Positions 1 through 10,620 of a stretch of DNA of 61,708 bases are shown here, piece by piece (within the stretch, counting starts at the first letter, position 1; each line of letters opens with the position of its first letter). Both the position numbers and the translations under genes were made by a program. Origin of the DNA: an uncultured Lentisphaerota bacterium (GTDB lineage Bacteria; Verrucomicrobiota; Lentisphaeria; Oligosphaerales; CAITYL01). The DNA lies in NCBI GenBank assembly GCA_903896595.1, contig CAITYL010000060.1, positions 1 to 61,708 on the forward strand. The letters are read 5' to 3'. The notes beneath the pieces were generated by a model. It had not been told where the DNA came from. It ran no database searches and worked only from the letters and a program-made list of their open reading frames with translations.

Positions 1-4
1 AATC

Positions 5-151
5 ACCGGGAGCCGCCCGTCCTCGGGCGGACGAACCCGTCATCGTCGGAGACGTGCATAATTAATTGGTTTGGCGAATGGTGGCCCAATAATAGAGGGC
101 GGAACTGGTGCGACGCCGTCGTTGTCCGCCCGAGGACGGGCGGCTCCCGGT
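5..151. repeat. Family E REP-like inverted repeat, 28-bp perfect arms
   Basis: ACCGGGAGCCGCCCGTCCTCGGGCGGAC (5-32) is the exact reverse complement of 124-151. Related single arms occur at ~11138-11163 and ~47831-47858. Confidence 0.9.
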
Positions 152-199
152 CTGGAAATAACGCCGACATTAAAAGGCAAACCTAATGCAGTATAGATT

Positions 200-225
200 A
201 AAGCTTGTTAGGCTGTAGGCTGAAC
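200..225. repeat. Family F short TAGGCTG-based repeat
   Basis: AAGCTTGTTAGGCTGTAGGCTGAA; near-identical copies at ~26203-26237 and ~47722-47757, each next to a gene 3' end. Confidence 0.75.
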
Positions 226-227
226 GG

Positions 228-2660
228 TCAGCGGGTCAAGGAATACACCGCACCGGAAACGGTGGGAAAAGTCAGTACGTCCAGCGCATTCTCCAGTGGC
301 AAGGGAACCTCAGATGCATCCGACATCAGGATGACCCCCTGGCCTGGCCATGGATTATGCACCCGGCAACGCCCTCCCTGCTCACTGTGAATCGACACGC
401 GAACGACACCACCGTCACGCCATTCCGCGCCAACCAGGAAGGCGCCCTCCGCGCGCAGCGTGTCAAAGGCGGCATCCAGGTGGCGCGGCCAGCCGGGGAA
501 CAGCTCGATCACGCCGCTCCAGCTTTGCAGCAGCATTTCCTGGATCGCCCCGTTGATGCCCAAAGACTCCGTCCAGCCGCCGACACGTCCGTAATTGGCC
601 AGCGCCATCGCCCACAGCAGGCCGTTGGGATGGACCCAACGCTCCAAGAGAGCCTTGATCGCCGGCCAGTCGCGTGCCGGTTCCCAGGCGCCGTTACGCA
701 GATGCGTGATCCATTCATAGGGAATCTTGCCGGGATACCAGTCATGGAAATCATGGCCGGAATGGAGAAAAGCCGGGGGCCGGGCCGAGTCGCGCGGCGG
801 CAGGGCACCGTCAAACCCGAGGAATTCCGGCGCCAAGCGGTAAAACCGTTCATCTGAAGTGACCAAGCGCTGCCGGTCCGGATCACCATCCTCCGGCGTC
901 AGAAGCGCTAGACGTTCGCGCCATTCCTCCCGCAAAAGGGCATCGGCATCCAGGACGGCGGCCATTTCCAGCGCGGCTTGCAGGCAATAACGGGCATGAC
1001 GCATGACTTGGGCGCGGTCGGTGTACGGCTTGGCGTCCCCGGTAAACCCGTCCTCGCCCTGGTTCGAAGGAAAGGCATGATAGAGACCGTCATCGCGCTT
1101 GCTTAAAAAATCGGTATAGAACAACGCCAAATCACGCACCACCGGATAGCCCTGTTGGTTCAGCCAAGCCCGATCCAAGGTGTGCCGCCAGCGGCTGAAG
1201 TAATGCGCCGCCACCCAGCCGGTCATGTACGCCATCCGGCCCATTGGCACGGCCCCCAGTGGGTCGTCGTTCGGGTGGGTTGGATAGCCGCTAAGCTGAA
1301 TGAAGGCACCGCGGCAACCATAATAGTCGCGGGCGATCTTCCGGCCGATCTCCAGGAAATATGCCATGCCGTCAAAATAGGCGTCCCCGAGTTCCAGGTG
1401 GTTCGCCGCGTAGTCCCCGAGGAAGATGGACTGGAAGTTGTAGTTCGTATGGTAGTCGCCATGCCAGAGACTGTAGTCACGCACCGTGCTGGGCAGGAAG
1501 AGCCCGGGTGGGGTCTTACCGGCTTTCAGGACACAGCGCTTGGCATGCAGCGTCGAATGCCAGAGCTTGTCCAGGAACGCGTCCGCCAGGGTGAGCTTGG
1601 ACTTTGACCAAAACGCGGTGGCGGCCGCCAGAGCCACGTTACGGTCGGTCACGAAACTCGAAGCACGGGCGACGGCCAACGCAAGCTCAACTTCGGCGAC
1701 GCCCAAGACGGTCTTGCGCCGTTCTTCCCGCAAGTCGCCGCTGGTCGCTACCGCCACAGATAACTCTCCTGACAATGCGCTGGGGCCGGAGGGAAGCACG
1801 TGGATGCTGGCTCCGTCCAGACCACATTTGGCAGCCGTTGCCTCAAATCCCGTCGCCTGGACGGCAACCGCAAACGAAAATCCGCCATTGAAAAGGGTGT
1901 CCTCGGGAAAACATTGCGTCAACACCGGCGTTCCATCCAGGTTTGAGACGAACGGCGGCGGAAGGGGCCGGACCCGTTCAGACGAATAACAGAGGAAACC
2001 GGGATGGCGGCAAGCGTTGAAATGCCGCCGTCCGAAGGCTTCCACGTCCTCGTCCGCCTGGCGATACAGCGCGAACCAGACCGGATTTGGCACCGGCGCA
2101 TAAAAGGAGGCTTCATAACGGTGGGAGGCGTCCCAACCATCGACGCGCCAGCGCAGGCTGAAACGGTTCTCCCCGGGATGAACGACGCATTCGACATTCA
2201 GTTTGACGCCGTTTTTCCAGTTGCAGGAGATTTCGATGCGCCCCTCCTCCAGGATGAGACGCTGGGAAATTTTCAGGCCGGCGAGGTCGCCAGGAAAGCG
2301 CAGGGCCAGCTCAGCCACCGGCTTGGGGCAAGGGAATGGATAGTCATGGTAACTGGGCGGGCAGCCTTGGCAGATTTCGCGCATCCGCTCCGGATTTGAA
2401 CTCCCCTTGGTGGCTTCGACCGGGCCGCCGTAGGGGCCGCACTTCCATCCCTCCTCAAGAATCCCTTTGGCGACTTCACGGATATGCGCCGGCCTGGGGT
2501 CGCGGCTGAAGTCGAGACGCCGGTCCCAAACGTCGCCCTTGCCGAGGCGGAACCGGATTTCATCCACGCCCTGGTAGACGCTGACGGAAAGGTCGCCGTT
2601 GCCAAGGATCAATCCTTCATCCGGGGTCAAGGTGACCGCATCAAGGACACATTCATGCAT
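228..2660 (-). CDS. Glycoside hydrolase, GH95-like (alpha-L-fucosidase-like) (alpha/alpha)6 enzyme
   Basis: 810-aa ORF with LGNGDL at the N-terminus, WHGDYHTNYNFQ, and C-terminal QEMLLQSWSGVIELFPGWP...FDTLRAEGAFLV typical of GH95-type enzymes. No signal peptide seen. Substrate unknown. Confidence 0.75.
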   Translation of the reverse strand: MHECVLDAVTLTPDEGLILGNGDLSVSVYQGVDEIRFRLGKGDVWDRRLDFSRDPRPAHIREVAKGILEEGWKCGPYGGPVEATKGSSNPERMREICQGCPPSYHDYPFPCPKPVAELALRFPGDLAGLKISQRLILEEGRIEISCNWKNGVKLNVECVVHPGENRFSLRWRVDGWDASHRYEASFYAPVPNPVWFALYRQADEDVEAFGRRHFNACRHPGFLCYSSERVRPLPPPFVSNLDGTPVLTQCFPEDTLFNGGFSFAVAVQATGFEATAAKCGLDGASIHVLPSGPSALSGELSVAVATSGDLREERRKTVLGVAEVELALAVARASSFVTDRNVALAAATAFWSKSKLTLADAFLDKLWHSTLHAKRCVLKAGKTPPGLFLPSTVRDYSLWHGDYHTNYNFQSIFLGDYAANHLELGDAYFDGMAYFLEIGRKIARDYYGCRGAFIQLSGYPTHPNDDPLGAVPMGRMAYMTGWVAAHYFSRWRHTLDRAWLNQQGYPVVRDLALFYTDFLSKRDDGLYHAFPSNQGEDGFTGDAKPYTDRAQVMRHARYCLQAALEMAAVLDADALLREEWRERLALLTPEDGDPDRQRLVTSDERFYRLAPEFLGFDGALPPRDSARPPAFLHSGHDFHDWYPGKIPYEWITHLRNGAWEPARDWPAIKALLERWVHPNGLLWAMALANYGRVGGWTESLGINGAIQEMLLQSWSGVIELFPGWPRHLDAAFDTLRAEGAFLVGAEWRDGGVVRVSIHSEQGGRCRVHNPWPGQGVILMSDASEVPLPLENALDVLTFPTVSGAVYSLTR

Positions 2661-2832
2661 GGGAATTGCCTTCTCACGATAGACGTTCGCACGTCACCGG
2701 TCAGCCGGTAGTGTTGAACGCCAATACAGGAATTTAAACTACCTAGAGGGTTGGGGACGGGTGAATTATGGGCAGGTGAATTATGGGCACCTTGGGGTGG
2801 CTCTTGGTGTTGATGTTTTTAAGGTGGGCTGG

Positions 2833-2954
2833 GCTGGACGCGAGAGACTCCCGGGACCGGAGCGACCGGATGAGGTTCGCCACACTCTGGTCTCGCGAGT
2901 CGTCTCAAGTCCCTCGCGGCCTCGCCCGTGGCAGGCCATTAGTCGTAATTCACC
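2833..2954. repeat. Family D intergenic palindromic repeat, copy 1
   Basis: GGACGCGAG(A/G)GACTCCCGGGACCGGAG...GGTCTCGCGAGTCG...CCCTCGCG shared with 8256-8351 and 10745-10865. Confidence 0.85.
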
Positions 2955-4397
2955 TTATCGTTTGGTTTTGCAAGAGTCTTTGGTATTAATGACGGCAACC
3001 GTGTCTCCCACCTGCGGGGGACGGTAGTTGTCCGGACCACCATACTTCCGCCAGCCGCGATAAGCCATGACCAGAGGAATGATCGTGGCCAGGAAGAATA
3101 CCGCCTGCCAGGCCAGCAGGTAGCGGTAATCACCGATGCGGTCCACAAACCAGCCGCAGGCGGCGTTGCCCAACACAATGCCCAAACTGGAAATCATGGA
3201 ATTGGCGGAACAGAACTGGCCAAAGCGCTCCTTGGGAAACAGGGTGATGTACATCGGCATCATGGCGGTGATGTAGGCCAGGAATCCGACTTGGTACACC
3301 AGGTAATAGATCAGCAGGCTGCGCGGCCCCTGAACCCAAAAGAAACCGGCGGCCGCGCCCAGCCCCATGATCAGCACTCCCAGGAACGACAGGCGCAAGC
3401 CGTTGATCTTGTCCACCAGCCAGCCGAACACCAATGCCAGGGGAATGGTCGCCAGCGTGCCCCAGGCATTGATCTTGCCGATGGCGTCCAGGGTCAAGCC
3501 CAGGGTGTCGCGGCAGAAGAAAATCCACAAGGTATTGGCGGCGTTGGCGAACCAGCAGACCGTCACAATCAGGTAGATCCACAGGTAGTAGCGGGTGTGG
3601 AAACATTCATTGAAGTAGGTTTTCAACCAGCCGGTCAGGCCATGGTGGCCTTCGCGGCGCGGTGGCGGCGGCGGGTATTCCCCCTCTTTCACGCCCCAGC
3701 ACATCAGCAGGAACGAGACCATGTAAAGCAAGCCGATGCCAACATAGATCGCCCGCATATGGTCGGCCGCCATGCCAAAGATGTAGCGCCCCCACAAAAA
3801 CAGCGCCGCCTGCCCGACGATCCGAAACAGGCCAAGAAAGCGCCCCATGACCGGCGCCGGCACCACATCGGCGAACAGGTAGTAATAAACCGAGGTGACC
3901 GAGAGGTTGAAAAACTGGTAGAGCACGACAAACACGCAGACCAAAATCAGGATCAAGGCCTTGGCGTCCAGCCCCAACGCCCGGCCGGCCGTTGTGCCGT
4001 ACAGCCAACTGCCGAGATCCGGCGAAAATCCGATCAGGATCAGGAAAAACGCGATGAACGGCGTCGGCCACACCAGGAACGGGATGCGCCGGCCCCAGCG
4101 GCCGCGGTAACGGTCACTGGCGGTGCTGAAGGTGGGCACCAGCACCAGGTTCATCGCCGTCGGCAGACTGCCGATGACAAAGGCGATGAGCGTGTTGCTG
4201 GCGCCAATCTCCTTGAGCGACAACGGCAGCAACTGCGGCATCACACTCAGCATCAGGGTCAGCGTGAAATCGCCCCACAGCAGCCAGAGGATCAGACCGC
4301 CCAACTGCTTGCGGTTGTAGGAGAGCGTTCCGACCGTCCATTGGGCCGGCGCGGATTCCGGCGCTTGGCGTGCGGCGGTTGGAACATCAGCGGGCAT
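2955..4397 (-). CDS. MFS transporter (sugar/glycoside type)
   Basis: About 12 hydrophobic segments; SDRYRGRWGRRIPF and GWLVDKING motifs. Start placed at ATG MPADV (4397); the ORF track extends to 4463. Confidence 0.85.
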   Translation of the reverse strand: MPADVPTAARQAPESAPAQWTVGTLSYNRKQLGGLILWLLWGDFTLTLMLSVMPQLLPLSLKEIGASNTLIAFVIGSLPTAMNLVLVPTFSTASDRYRGRWGRRIPFLVWPTPFIAFFLILIGFSPDLGSWLYGTTAGRALGLDAKALILILVCVFVVLYQFFNLSVTSVYYYLFADVVPAPVMGRFLGLFRIVGQAALFLWGRYIFGMAADHMRAIYVGIGLLYMVSFLLMCWGVKEGEYPPPPPRREGHHGLTGWLKTYFNECFHTRYYLWIYLIVTVCWFANAANTLWIFFCRDTLGLTLDAIGKINAWGTLATIPLALVFGWLVDKINGLRLSFLGVLIMGLGAAAGFFWVQGPRSLLIYYLVYQVGFLAYITAMMPMYITLFPKERFGQFCSANSMISSLGIVLGNAACGWFVDRIGDYRYLLAWQAVFFLATIIPLVMAYRGWRKYGGPDNYRPPQVGDTVAVINTKDSCKTKR

Positions 4398-4478
4398 GGG
4401 GTTGCTCCACGAGGTTCCCGGCGACGTGGCGCCTTCTGGATTTTGCGACGGGCACCAGGTCACCTGGCAACGTCAGAT

Positions 4479-5177
4479 TTACCATTTGTAGTCGGCCGTG
4501 CGATAGAGATTGTCATTGTACCCCGGAACAATGGCCTCCGCTGGCAAGATCGCCGGCTGGCTCTTGACCCACGCCACATGGCCGTCCGCAAAGCCCATTT
4601 CCAGGCGGGGAGCGGGCCCGATCTCATGGACGATTCGGTCGTCCGTCGGTCCGATGATGAGACTGACGTCGGCGACCAAGAATTTCAAGGACGGTTCCGA
4701 AATATTGATGGTCTTCCATTCCCAGTGCGGCGCATGCCCTTGGATGCCGTACGCATTCCAGATGTAGCTGTTGCCGGAATTGACAAATTGGCTGATCTTT
4801 TCGGAGGGACATTTGAAGACTTGGAGGTTCGACAGGTACGGATTCAACCACCGGTCGGTGGTCGCGGTGTCGAAGCCATACCAAGCCGCGCCGCCGATTC
4901 CGCCGCCCCCGCCCCAATGCGACCAGCCCCAAACGAGAGTTGTGGTGTTGGGCATGGGCAGGGTGTCGCTGGGAAAACAATCGCGATTATCGCCCGTGTA
5001 CAAGATCCACGCCGTCGTGATCTGGCGCTGGTTTGAACCGCAGGCGGCCCGCCGGGTGGTCTCGCGCGCCTTGCCCATCGCCGGCAGCAGCATGGCGGCC
5101 AGGATGCTGATGATGGCAATCACCACCAGCAGTTCAATCAAGGTGAAACGAAACGTGTTGGGCGTTGCCGGTTTCAT
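4479..5177 (-). CDS. Prepilin-type N-terminal / H-X9-DG-type (DUF1559-like) protein
   Basis: [23 protein letters not shown]...[15 protein letters not shown] and C-terminal GFADGHV. Start overlaps the upstream stop (TAATG). Confidence 0.9.
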   Translation of the reverse strand: MKPATPNTFRFTLIELLVVIAIISILAAMLLPAMGKARETTRRAACGSNQRQITTAWILYTGDNRDCFPSDTLPMPNTTTLVWGWSHWGGGGGIGGAAWYGFDTATTDRWLNPYLSNLQVFKCPSEKISQFVNSGNSYIWNAYGIQGHAPHWEWKTINISEPSLKFLVADVSLIIGPTDDRIVHEIGPAPRLEMGFADGHVAWVKSQPAILPAEAIVPGYNDNLYRTADYKW

Positions 5178-8100
5178 TATGGACCTTTCAAGACGCGCTC
5201 GTCAACCAGATACCCGTCTTGGCATAATTTGAGGATCACGCGGCGCGGCCGGGTGGCGAACGTCTGGCCAATGGCAAATTTCGCCTGGCCGTCGCGCAAG
5301 TTGATTTTCACCCCTTTGGATACAAGCAACTGGGAGTCGTCCAGGTCCGGATAAACGCGCAAGTCAGCCTGCCGGAAAGCCGCGGGCACGCTGACCGAGA
5401 CGTTCTCGCCGGACACCGATGCCTGCAGGATGTTTTTAAGCAGGGCCACGCCTTTCACGGTTTCGGGAGGAATGGTCAGGGCAAGAGTGCCCGCCGGGCC
5501 ACCCCCGAGCTCCTCGTCATCCACCAGTTCCACATAATGCCCGGCGAAAGGGGCCGCTTCCGCAATGAAGCCGGTAATCGGCTGGTCATGAACGTTGTAG
5601 AGTGTGTAGACGACCTTGTCCGGCGCATTGAACCGGTTGGCGAGCAGTTGGGCGTGGCTGGTCGGAACCAGCGGCTCGGGAGTCCCGGTGCTGATGGCGT
5701 CCGAGGTCTCCTTCAAGGTGTTCCCCAAGACCCGGGAGAGTGCGGTGTCGCCCGCGCCAAAATCCCAACCCATGCCGTTGAAAAAGTAACGGTTGACATG
5801 GCGTTTGCTCATGCCCCATTCCGCCAGCTTGAACGAGGGAAAACAAAAACGGAAATAACAGAGCCGGTTGGCATCGTAGTATTGCTCCGCAAACGGAAAC
5901 GCCTGGCAAAAGGTCTGATCCCACGAGCCATCAATGAACTGCGTCAGGTAATCGCTGCCGGCATGTTCGGTCATCAGAATTGCGTCGGGATTGGCCGCCT
6001 TCATGGCGTTGCGCACCATGGCCAAGTTCTCGGCCAGCCGTTTGGTGGACGTCTGGCGCGGTCCGTTCCGCAGATGCTCGTGAAGCGGATTGTAGCACGG
6101 TTGCTGAATGGCCAGTTCATCAAGATAAACACCATCCATGCCGCTGTCCTTCACGAGTCTCTGGCAGGAGGCGGCAAGGAAGGACGCCCACTTGTCCCGG
6201 TCATAAAAACACATGCAGAGAATCTCCTTGGGAAAAGGGGGCGTGTGGTAATCCCCGCCCGGATTCGCAATGGCGGCCCAATCCTCATGCCTGGTGCCGA
6301 CTTCGCTGGCCCGCAGACAGAACCGATAATTGATGTAAGGGGTGAAACGGGTGCCCTTCTGGTGATAGGCGGCAATCTCTTGCTTGAAGCTTTTGAGCCC
6401 GCCGCGGGCGATGGCCGGCACAAAATCCCCCGGCTGGTAGTCGGGGCTCCCGTTGAACCCTGACCAGGCGTAAGGAACTTTCAGGCTTTCCCACATCGCC
6501 CATTGCGCCACGCTTTCCGACCCTTGGAGGGCCTTCGCCCCCTTGTAGTTCTTCGTTTCCTGGTCGTAATAGGATGGCGGGTGCTGGTTCAAGAAGGTGT
6601 AACTGTCCTGGAACCACCGGGGTTTAGGCAGGGGGCGGTACCAGCCTTTGGTCCAGGCAACGTACTCCTGAAGCGGTTCGCGCCAGTCGCCCGCGTATGC
6701 TTTCAGCCGCGTCGTCGGCAGCGTCATGGCCGCGCCCGGCGCCAGGCTCCGGGCTGGGTAGTAACAGGCCATCCCCAGGCCGTCTGCGGGCGCCAGGTTC
6801 AAGGTCGGCAGGTCGGCGGGATGCACGATCTCATTGAAATTAACCTTGTCCTGACCGCCCTTGACGGTTTTTTTAAGCATCAGCCCCTTGAGCATTCCGG
6901 TGGCATCCTCCGGGAAAAAGAAAATGCCGCTCCGCGCCTTGGCGTTGAAGGCGGCCATCACCTGCATCCACCCCAGCGTGCCATATTCGGTCGCCAGATT
7001 GCAGGGCACCGTTCCCATCAACCCGCCGCGCCACGGGAAGAAATAGCCCAGGCCGTCGAGGTCACCCGCAATTTCGAGGTTCTGCAACAGGGGAAAGGTG
7101 GGCCGCACGGGCTGCGCCGAAGCGCTCTGGTTCGTCAACCGGAGCGAGAGAACCAGGCTGCCATCGCTTTTGAGTTCAGCCGCAACCTCGGCTTTGAGCC
7201 CGGCTTGGGCATCGGCTTGCACCATCTCGAGGCGCGGCCGTGCGGCGGAAAGCACCACCTTCGTCAACGGGAGATCCCGCGAATCCAGCTCCCGATCTCC
7301 CACTTTCACGGCATAGATCGCGGCGGCCGAGCCCGGTTTCAATCCGGGAATGGTGCCGCTGGCCGAGAACCGGTCAATGGCCTTCCAACAGAGCCCGTCC
7401 TTGACCGAGAACGCATAGGACACCGCCGGGGACGACAGGGTGATGACCCCGTCCGCCATCGCGGTTTTCCAGCCGGGGCCGGAAAACGCTTCCCGCTTGG
7501 CCGCCAGCCGCCTCTCGTCCTGGCTGAGCTGGCGGGGGGGGCGCAAGTCGGCCGCCTGCGCCTTGGCGTCGCCATCAATCTGAACCCCATCCACTTGCAG
7601 ATCGGCCATGGTCGCGCCGCGGATCGTGTTGGCGCCAAAGAACGCCGACATCGGACGGTCGGAAACCTCCGGGGCGCTGAAATCAGCCACGGTTTTGCCG
7701 TCCATCCGTACCGTCACCTGCTTGCCGTTCCGGATCAAGGCGATCTTGACCCATTTCCCCACCGGCATCTCCCCCAGTTGCCGTTCATAGGGGCGCCCGC
7801 CGTTCTCCTTGGCCTGCAGTTTGATGGCATTGTCTTGGACCACCAGCCAAAGCAGGTCCTGCGTCCAGGGTTGGGTGTTGTGAAAACCAAAGTAGTAGAA
7901 AATGCTTGAATCACGGCTCAGGGTGTTGGCCTTGACCTCAAACTCGATGGACGCCCGCCGGAATTGTTCGTCGCTGAAAATGTGGCAACTGCCCTCCTTC
8001 GGGCGCAACCGCACGGCGCCATTGGTTTGATTGAGTTCGTTGCGGAAAACTATCTCCGCGGCGCCGGGCTTGGCCCCCCAGGTCTGCGGGTTGTAGCGGT

Positions 8101-8200
8101 CGAAGTCGTCCCGCAACAACTCATCTCCCAGCACCGGGAACTGGCAAAGCAACAGGACGGCGAGCCATTCAACAACGATCAAGGTGCGCGGTATCAGCAT
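5177..8200 (-). CDS. Large secreted putative glycoside hydrolase (DUF6259-like) with N-terminal lectin/LamG-like domain
   Basis: Signal-peptide-like [25 protein letters not shown]; beta-rich N-domain; TIM-barrel GH-like GMDGVYLDE and ILMTEH motifs. The ORF-track extension to 8413 runs through repeat D and was dropped. Confidence 0.65.
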   Translation of the reverse strand: MLIPRTLIVVEWLAVLLLCQFPVLGDELLRDDFDRYNPQTWGAKPGAAEIVFRNELNQTNGAVRLRPKEGSCHIFSDEQFRRASIEFEVKANTLSRDSSIFYYFGFHNTQPWTQDLLWLVVQDNAIKLQAKENGGRPYERQLGEMPVGKWVKIALIRNGKQVTVRMDGKTVADFSAPEVSDRPMSAFFGANTIRGATMADLQVDGVQIDGDAKAQAADLRPPRQLSQDERRLAAKREAFSGPGWKTAMADGVITLSSPAVSYAFSVKDGLCWKAIDRFSASGTIPGLKPGSAAAIYAVKVGDRELDSRDLPLTKVVLSAARPRLEMVQADAQAGLKAEVAAELKSDGSLVLSLRLTNQSASAQPVRPTFPLLQNLEIAGDLDGLGYFFPWRGGLMGTVPCNLATEYGTLGWMQVMAAFNAKARSGIFFFPEDATGMLKGLMLKKTVKGGQDKVNFNEIVHPADLPTLNLAPADGLGMACYYPARSLAPGAAMTLPTTRLKAYAGDWREPLQEYVAWTKGWYRPLPKPRWFQDSYTFLNQHPPSYYDQETKNYKGAKALQGSESVAQWAMWESLKVPYAWSGFNGSPDYQPGDFVPAIARGGLKSFKQEIAAYHQKGTRFTPYINYRFCLRASEVGTRHEDWAAIANPGGDYHTPPFPKEILCMCFYDRDKWASFLAASCQRLVKDSGMDGVYLDELAIQQPCYNPLHEHLRNGPRQTSTKRLAENLAMVRNAMKAANPDAILMTEHAGSDYLTQFIDGSWDQTFCQAFPFAEQYYDANRLCYFRFCFPSFKLAEWGMSKRHVNRYFFNGMGWDFGAGDTALSRVLGNTLKETSDAISTGTPEPLVPTSHAQLLANRFNAPDKVVYTLYNVHDQPITGFIAEAAPFAGHYVELVDDEELGGGPAGTLALTIPPETVKGVALLKNILQASVSGENVSVSVPAAFRQADLRVYPDLDDSQLLVSKGVKINLRDGQAKFAIGQTFATRPRRVILKLCQDGYLVDERVLKGP

Positions 8201-8255
8201 GGTTGTCCAGGTTCTTTCCGGTGCGGTGTTTGCTCTGGTGTGATGTACCTTGGGA

Positions 8256-8351
8256 GCTGGACGCGAGGGACTCCCGGGACCGGAGAGACCGGAGATTTTT
8301 GCCACTCTCCGGTCTCGCGAGTCGCTCAAGTCCCTCAAGTCCTTCGCGTCC
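8256..8351. repeat. Family D repeat, copy 2
   Basis: Same core as 2833-2921; its ends GGACGCGAGGGAC / GTCCTTCGCGTCC can pair. Confidence 0.85.
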
Positions 8352-8373
8352 TTATTGTCATGAATAATCCAGA

Positions 8374-9210
8374 TTACGCCTTGGGTGTGCGCCGCCGGAC
8401 CAGCAAGCCGCACACGCCGACGAGAACCAGCACCGCGCTGGCGGGCTCGGGAACCACAGCAACCAATTGCAAGCCGTTGAAAGGGGCTTGATCGTTTGCG
8501 CCAGCGGGGTTTGCCCCAATGTAAAACTCGATATTCCCACCGAATGATACAGCTTTATTGAAGAGGACGTAATTGGTGCCCGCCACAAATGAAACGGCGC
8601 TTGTTCCAGTCGTTTGGAGCCAATTGAAGCTGGTGCCATCCGGTGTGCCGCCGGTCCAGTTGTTGTTGTTAATGATAAAGCGAGCTCCCCGGCCGGTAAA
8701 GCCACCATTGATGCCGTAAGTATAGAGATCATAGGTTCCTGCCGCTAAACCGCTGATAACGACCCGTGCAACGCCACCGCCGTTGACGCTTCCATCACCT
8801 TGAAACCAGCTGCCGAGGAGATTGTTGGAGATTCCCCCGTCGTTGTAGGCGCGGTTGTATTCGACCAAGGCATTGATCCCGCTTGAAGTCACTCCATCGG
8901 AGGCGGTCAGATTGCTGATGGTAGCACTGTAGTTTCCAATGCCATTTTGGGTCTGTTGGATTTGATTCCAGTAGGTGCCAGTATCCGGCGCGGCGCCAAC
9001 CCCCGTGTAATTGGCGAGATAGGTTCCGCCAACGCCACCGTTGAAGTTCAGGTTGTACACGACGGCTGAATGCGAGCTGGCCACGATACCGGCGTTTGCC
9101 AGCGTGAAGAGCATCAGGAACGTGACGATGCGGGAGCGCGGCGTTTTTATGGCTTTTTGCCTCCGTTGACTCATGGCGGCGGCGACCAGGGTTGTGAGGT
9201 GCTTCATCAT
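8374..9210 (-). CDS. PEP-CTERM sorting domain protein
   Basis: C-terminus VPEPASAVLVLVGVCGLLVRRRTPKA; Gly/Asn/Thr-rich extracellular body; signal-like N-terminus. Exact start uncertain. Confidence 0.92.
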   Translation of the reverse strand: MMKHLTTLVAAAMSQRRQKAIKTPRSRIVTFLMLFTLANAGIVASSHSAVVYNLNFNGGVGGTYLANYTGVGAAPDTGTYWNQIQQTQNGIGNYSATISNLTASDGVTSSGINALVEYNRAYNDGGISNNLLGSWFQGDGSVNGGGVARVVISGLAAGTYDLYTYGINGGFTGRGARFIINNNNWTGGTPDGTSFNWLQTTGTSAVSFVAGTNYVLFNKAVSFGGNIEFYIGANPAGANDQAPFNGLQLVAVVPEPASAVLVLVGVCGLLVRRRTPKA

Positions 9211-9306
9211 GGTCTGGATTCCTTTTGCTTGCTCTTGGGTTTCGGGTTTCCGGATCCGGGAACAACGGCAACATCACTAGTACCTTGCAATACTTAAACG
9301 TTCGGA

Positions 9307-9418
9307 TTCACCACGAAGACACGAAGAGCACGAAGATAAATCGAAGGTGTTTTTTAATCTGTATTTGCTATTGAAACGCTTCGATCAAGCTTCGCGTCCT
9401 TCGCGCCTTCGTGGTGAA
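9307..9418. repeat. Inverted pair of short CACGAAG tandem repeats
   Basis: TTCACCACGAAGACACGAAGAGCACGAAG ... CTTCGCGTCCTTCGCGCCTTCGTGGTGAA. Confidence 0.8.
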
Positions 9419-9428
9419 AGATTTAAGG

Positions 9429-10610
9429 TTACTGGGTACGAGGAGGTTTGGCGCGGACGCGGGCTTGGCACCGGTGCGTATCGCCGGGCGCCCAATGATG
9501 GTACAAGGCTTGACAGAACGGTTCATGGTCGCTGGATTGCATGAACCCCAACACGTTGTCCAGCACGCACTGGGCATACCAGCGCGGGCGGAACTGCATC
9601 TGGCTCCAGGCAACGCCCGCTGGCATGGGCAAGCCTTTGACGGCCATGGTGATGACCCCGAAATCGCGGCCCGGCGTCAGATTGGCGTCGCGCAGGGCCA
9701 GAGCCACGCCGGGCAATAGGTTGTCGTCAGACACATAAATGGCATCGGGCGCTTCCGCGCCACGAAGTTGCAAGAGCAGCACCCGGCGGCTCTCGTCCGG
9801 CGTCACCACGTCCGCCGTCAAATGACAGCGGTAATCGAGACCGGACTCGCGCATAGCCGTGGCGTAGGCGAAAAGATGGGCATTCAATTTGGCGCCGGCG
9901 TAGGAGAACAAGGCAATACGCCGGTACCCCTCCCGGGCCAGCAAGGGAATCGCCCGCTGGATGGCTTCAACATCGTCGCTAAGCACCGCCGGTTCATGCC
10001 GCACCGGCGGGGTCGCGCCGAAGACGATGAAGGGTTTTTCCGTGGCTTCAAACAACGCCAACACCTGATCGGCGACAGAGACATTCAGCAAATAGCCGTC
10101 ACACGGGTCATGCTTCAACTTGGCCACGATCTGCCCCGGGGACAGGTAGACGCCCTCCGCGGTGGTCGCGCCAACCACGGTCAGGTCGTGACCGCTGGCC
10201 GCGGCGGCCTCCGCGAAGCTTTTCAACTGCAACTGCAGGCTGGGGGTGTACAGATGCAGGTGCGTCCATAATTGCAGTTTCAGCCGGGTACGCTGGTCAA
10301 CAGCAGCGCCATTCTTGGGCGCCTCTTCCGGCGCGAACACCTGGTCGCCTGTTGGGATCTTAGCTCCCTTTGACAAGTGGCGACCGTTTGCTGGCGGCAG
10401 GCAGCGCAGGTAGGTGCCACTGCCTTGTTGTTGGGCCAGCACCCCCTGTTCCTCCAAGACGGCCAAGGCCAGGCGCAGGGTCGGGCTGCTGACGCCGAAC
10501 AATTCCGCCAGTTCATGCCCGGAGCGCAGCCGCCTGCCGGCCTTGGCCGGCGGCCGGGACAACGCCTGGCTCAGCGACTCCACGATCATTTGCCTGGTTA
10601 TTCGCGCCAT
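9429..10610 (-). CDS. GntR-type wHTH + LacI-type sensor domain regulator (AraR-like architecture)
   Basis: LRSGHELAELFGVSSPTLRLALAVLEEQGVLAQQQGSGTYL followed by a periplasmic-binding-like domain (PDAIYVSDD...PGRDFGVI). Confidence 0.85.
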   Translation of the reverse strand: MARITRQMIVESLSQALSRPPAKAGRRLRSGHELAELFGVSSPTLRLALAVLEEQGVLAQQQGSGTYLRCLPPANGRHLSKGAKIPTGDQVFAPEEAPKNGAAVDQRTRLKLQLWTHLHLYTPSLQLQLKSFAEAAAASGHDLTVVGATTAEGVYLSPGQIVAKLKHDPCDGYLLNVSVADQVLALFEATEKPFIVFGATPPVRHEPAVLSDDVEAIQRAIPLLAREGYRRIALFSYAGAKLNAHLFAYATAMRESGLDYRCHLTADVVTPDESRRVLLLQLRGAEAPDAIYVSDDNLLPGVALALRDANLTPGRDFGVITMAVKGLPMPAGVAWSQMQFRPRWYAQCVLDNVLGFMQSSDHEPFCQALYHHWAPGDTHRCQARVRAKPPRTQ

Positions 10611-10620
10611 ATTTTATTTT

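Noticed and set aside
3291-5036. Long antisense ORFs (e.g. 3291-5036, 12265-13899, 14224-16128, 36413-38407)
   Set aside because: Shadow frames of well-supported opposite-strand genes, expected in high-GC DNA; no recognisable motifs.
8201-8413. N-terminal extensions in the ORF track (also to 16551, 51813, 52589, 60382, 61656)
   Set aside because: They run through repeats or neighbouring genes; downstream ATGs give signal peptides or ATGA coupling.
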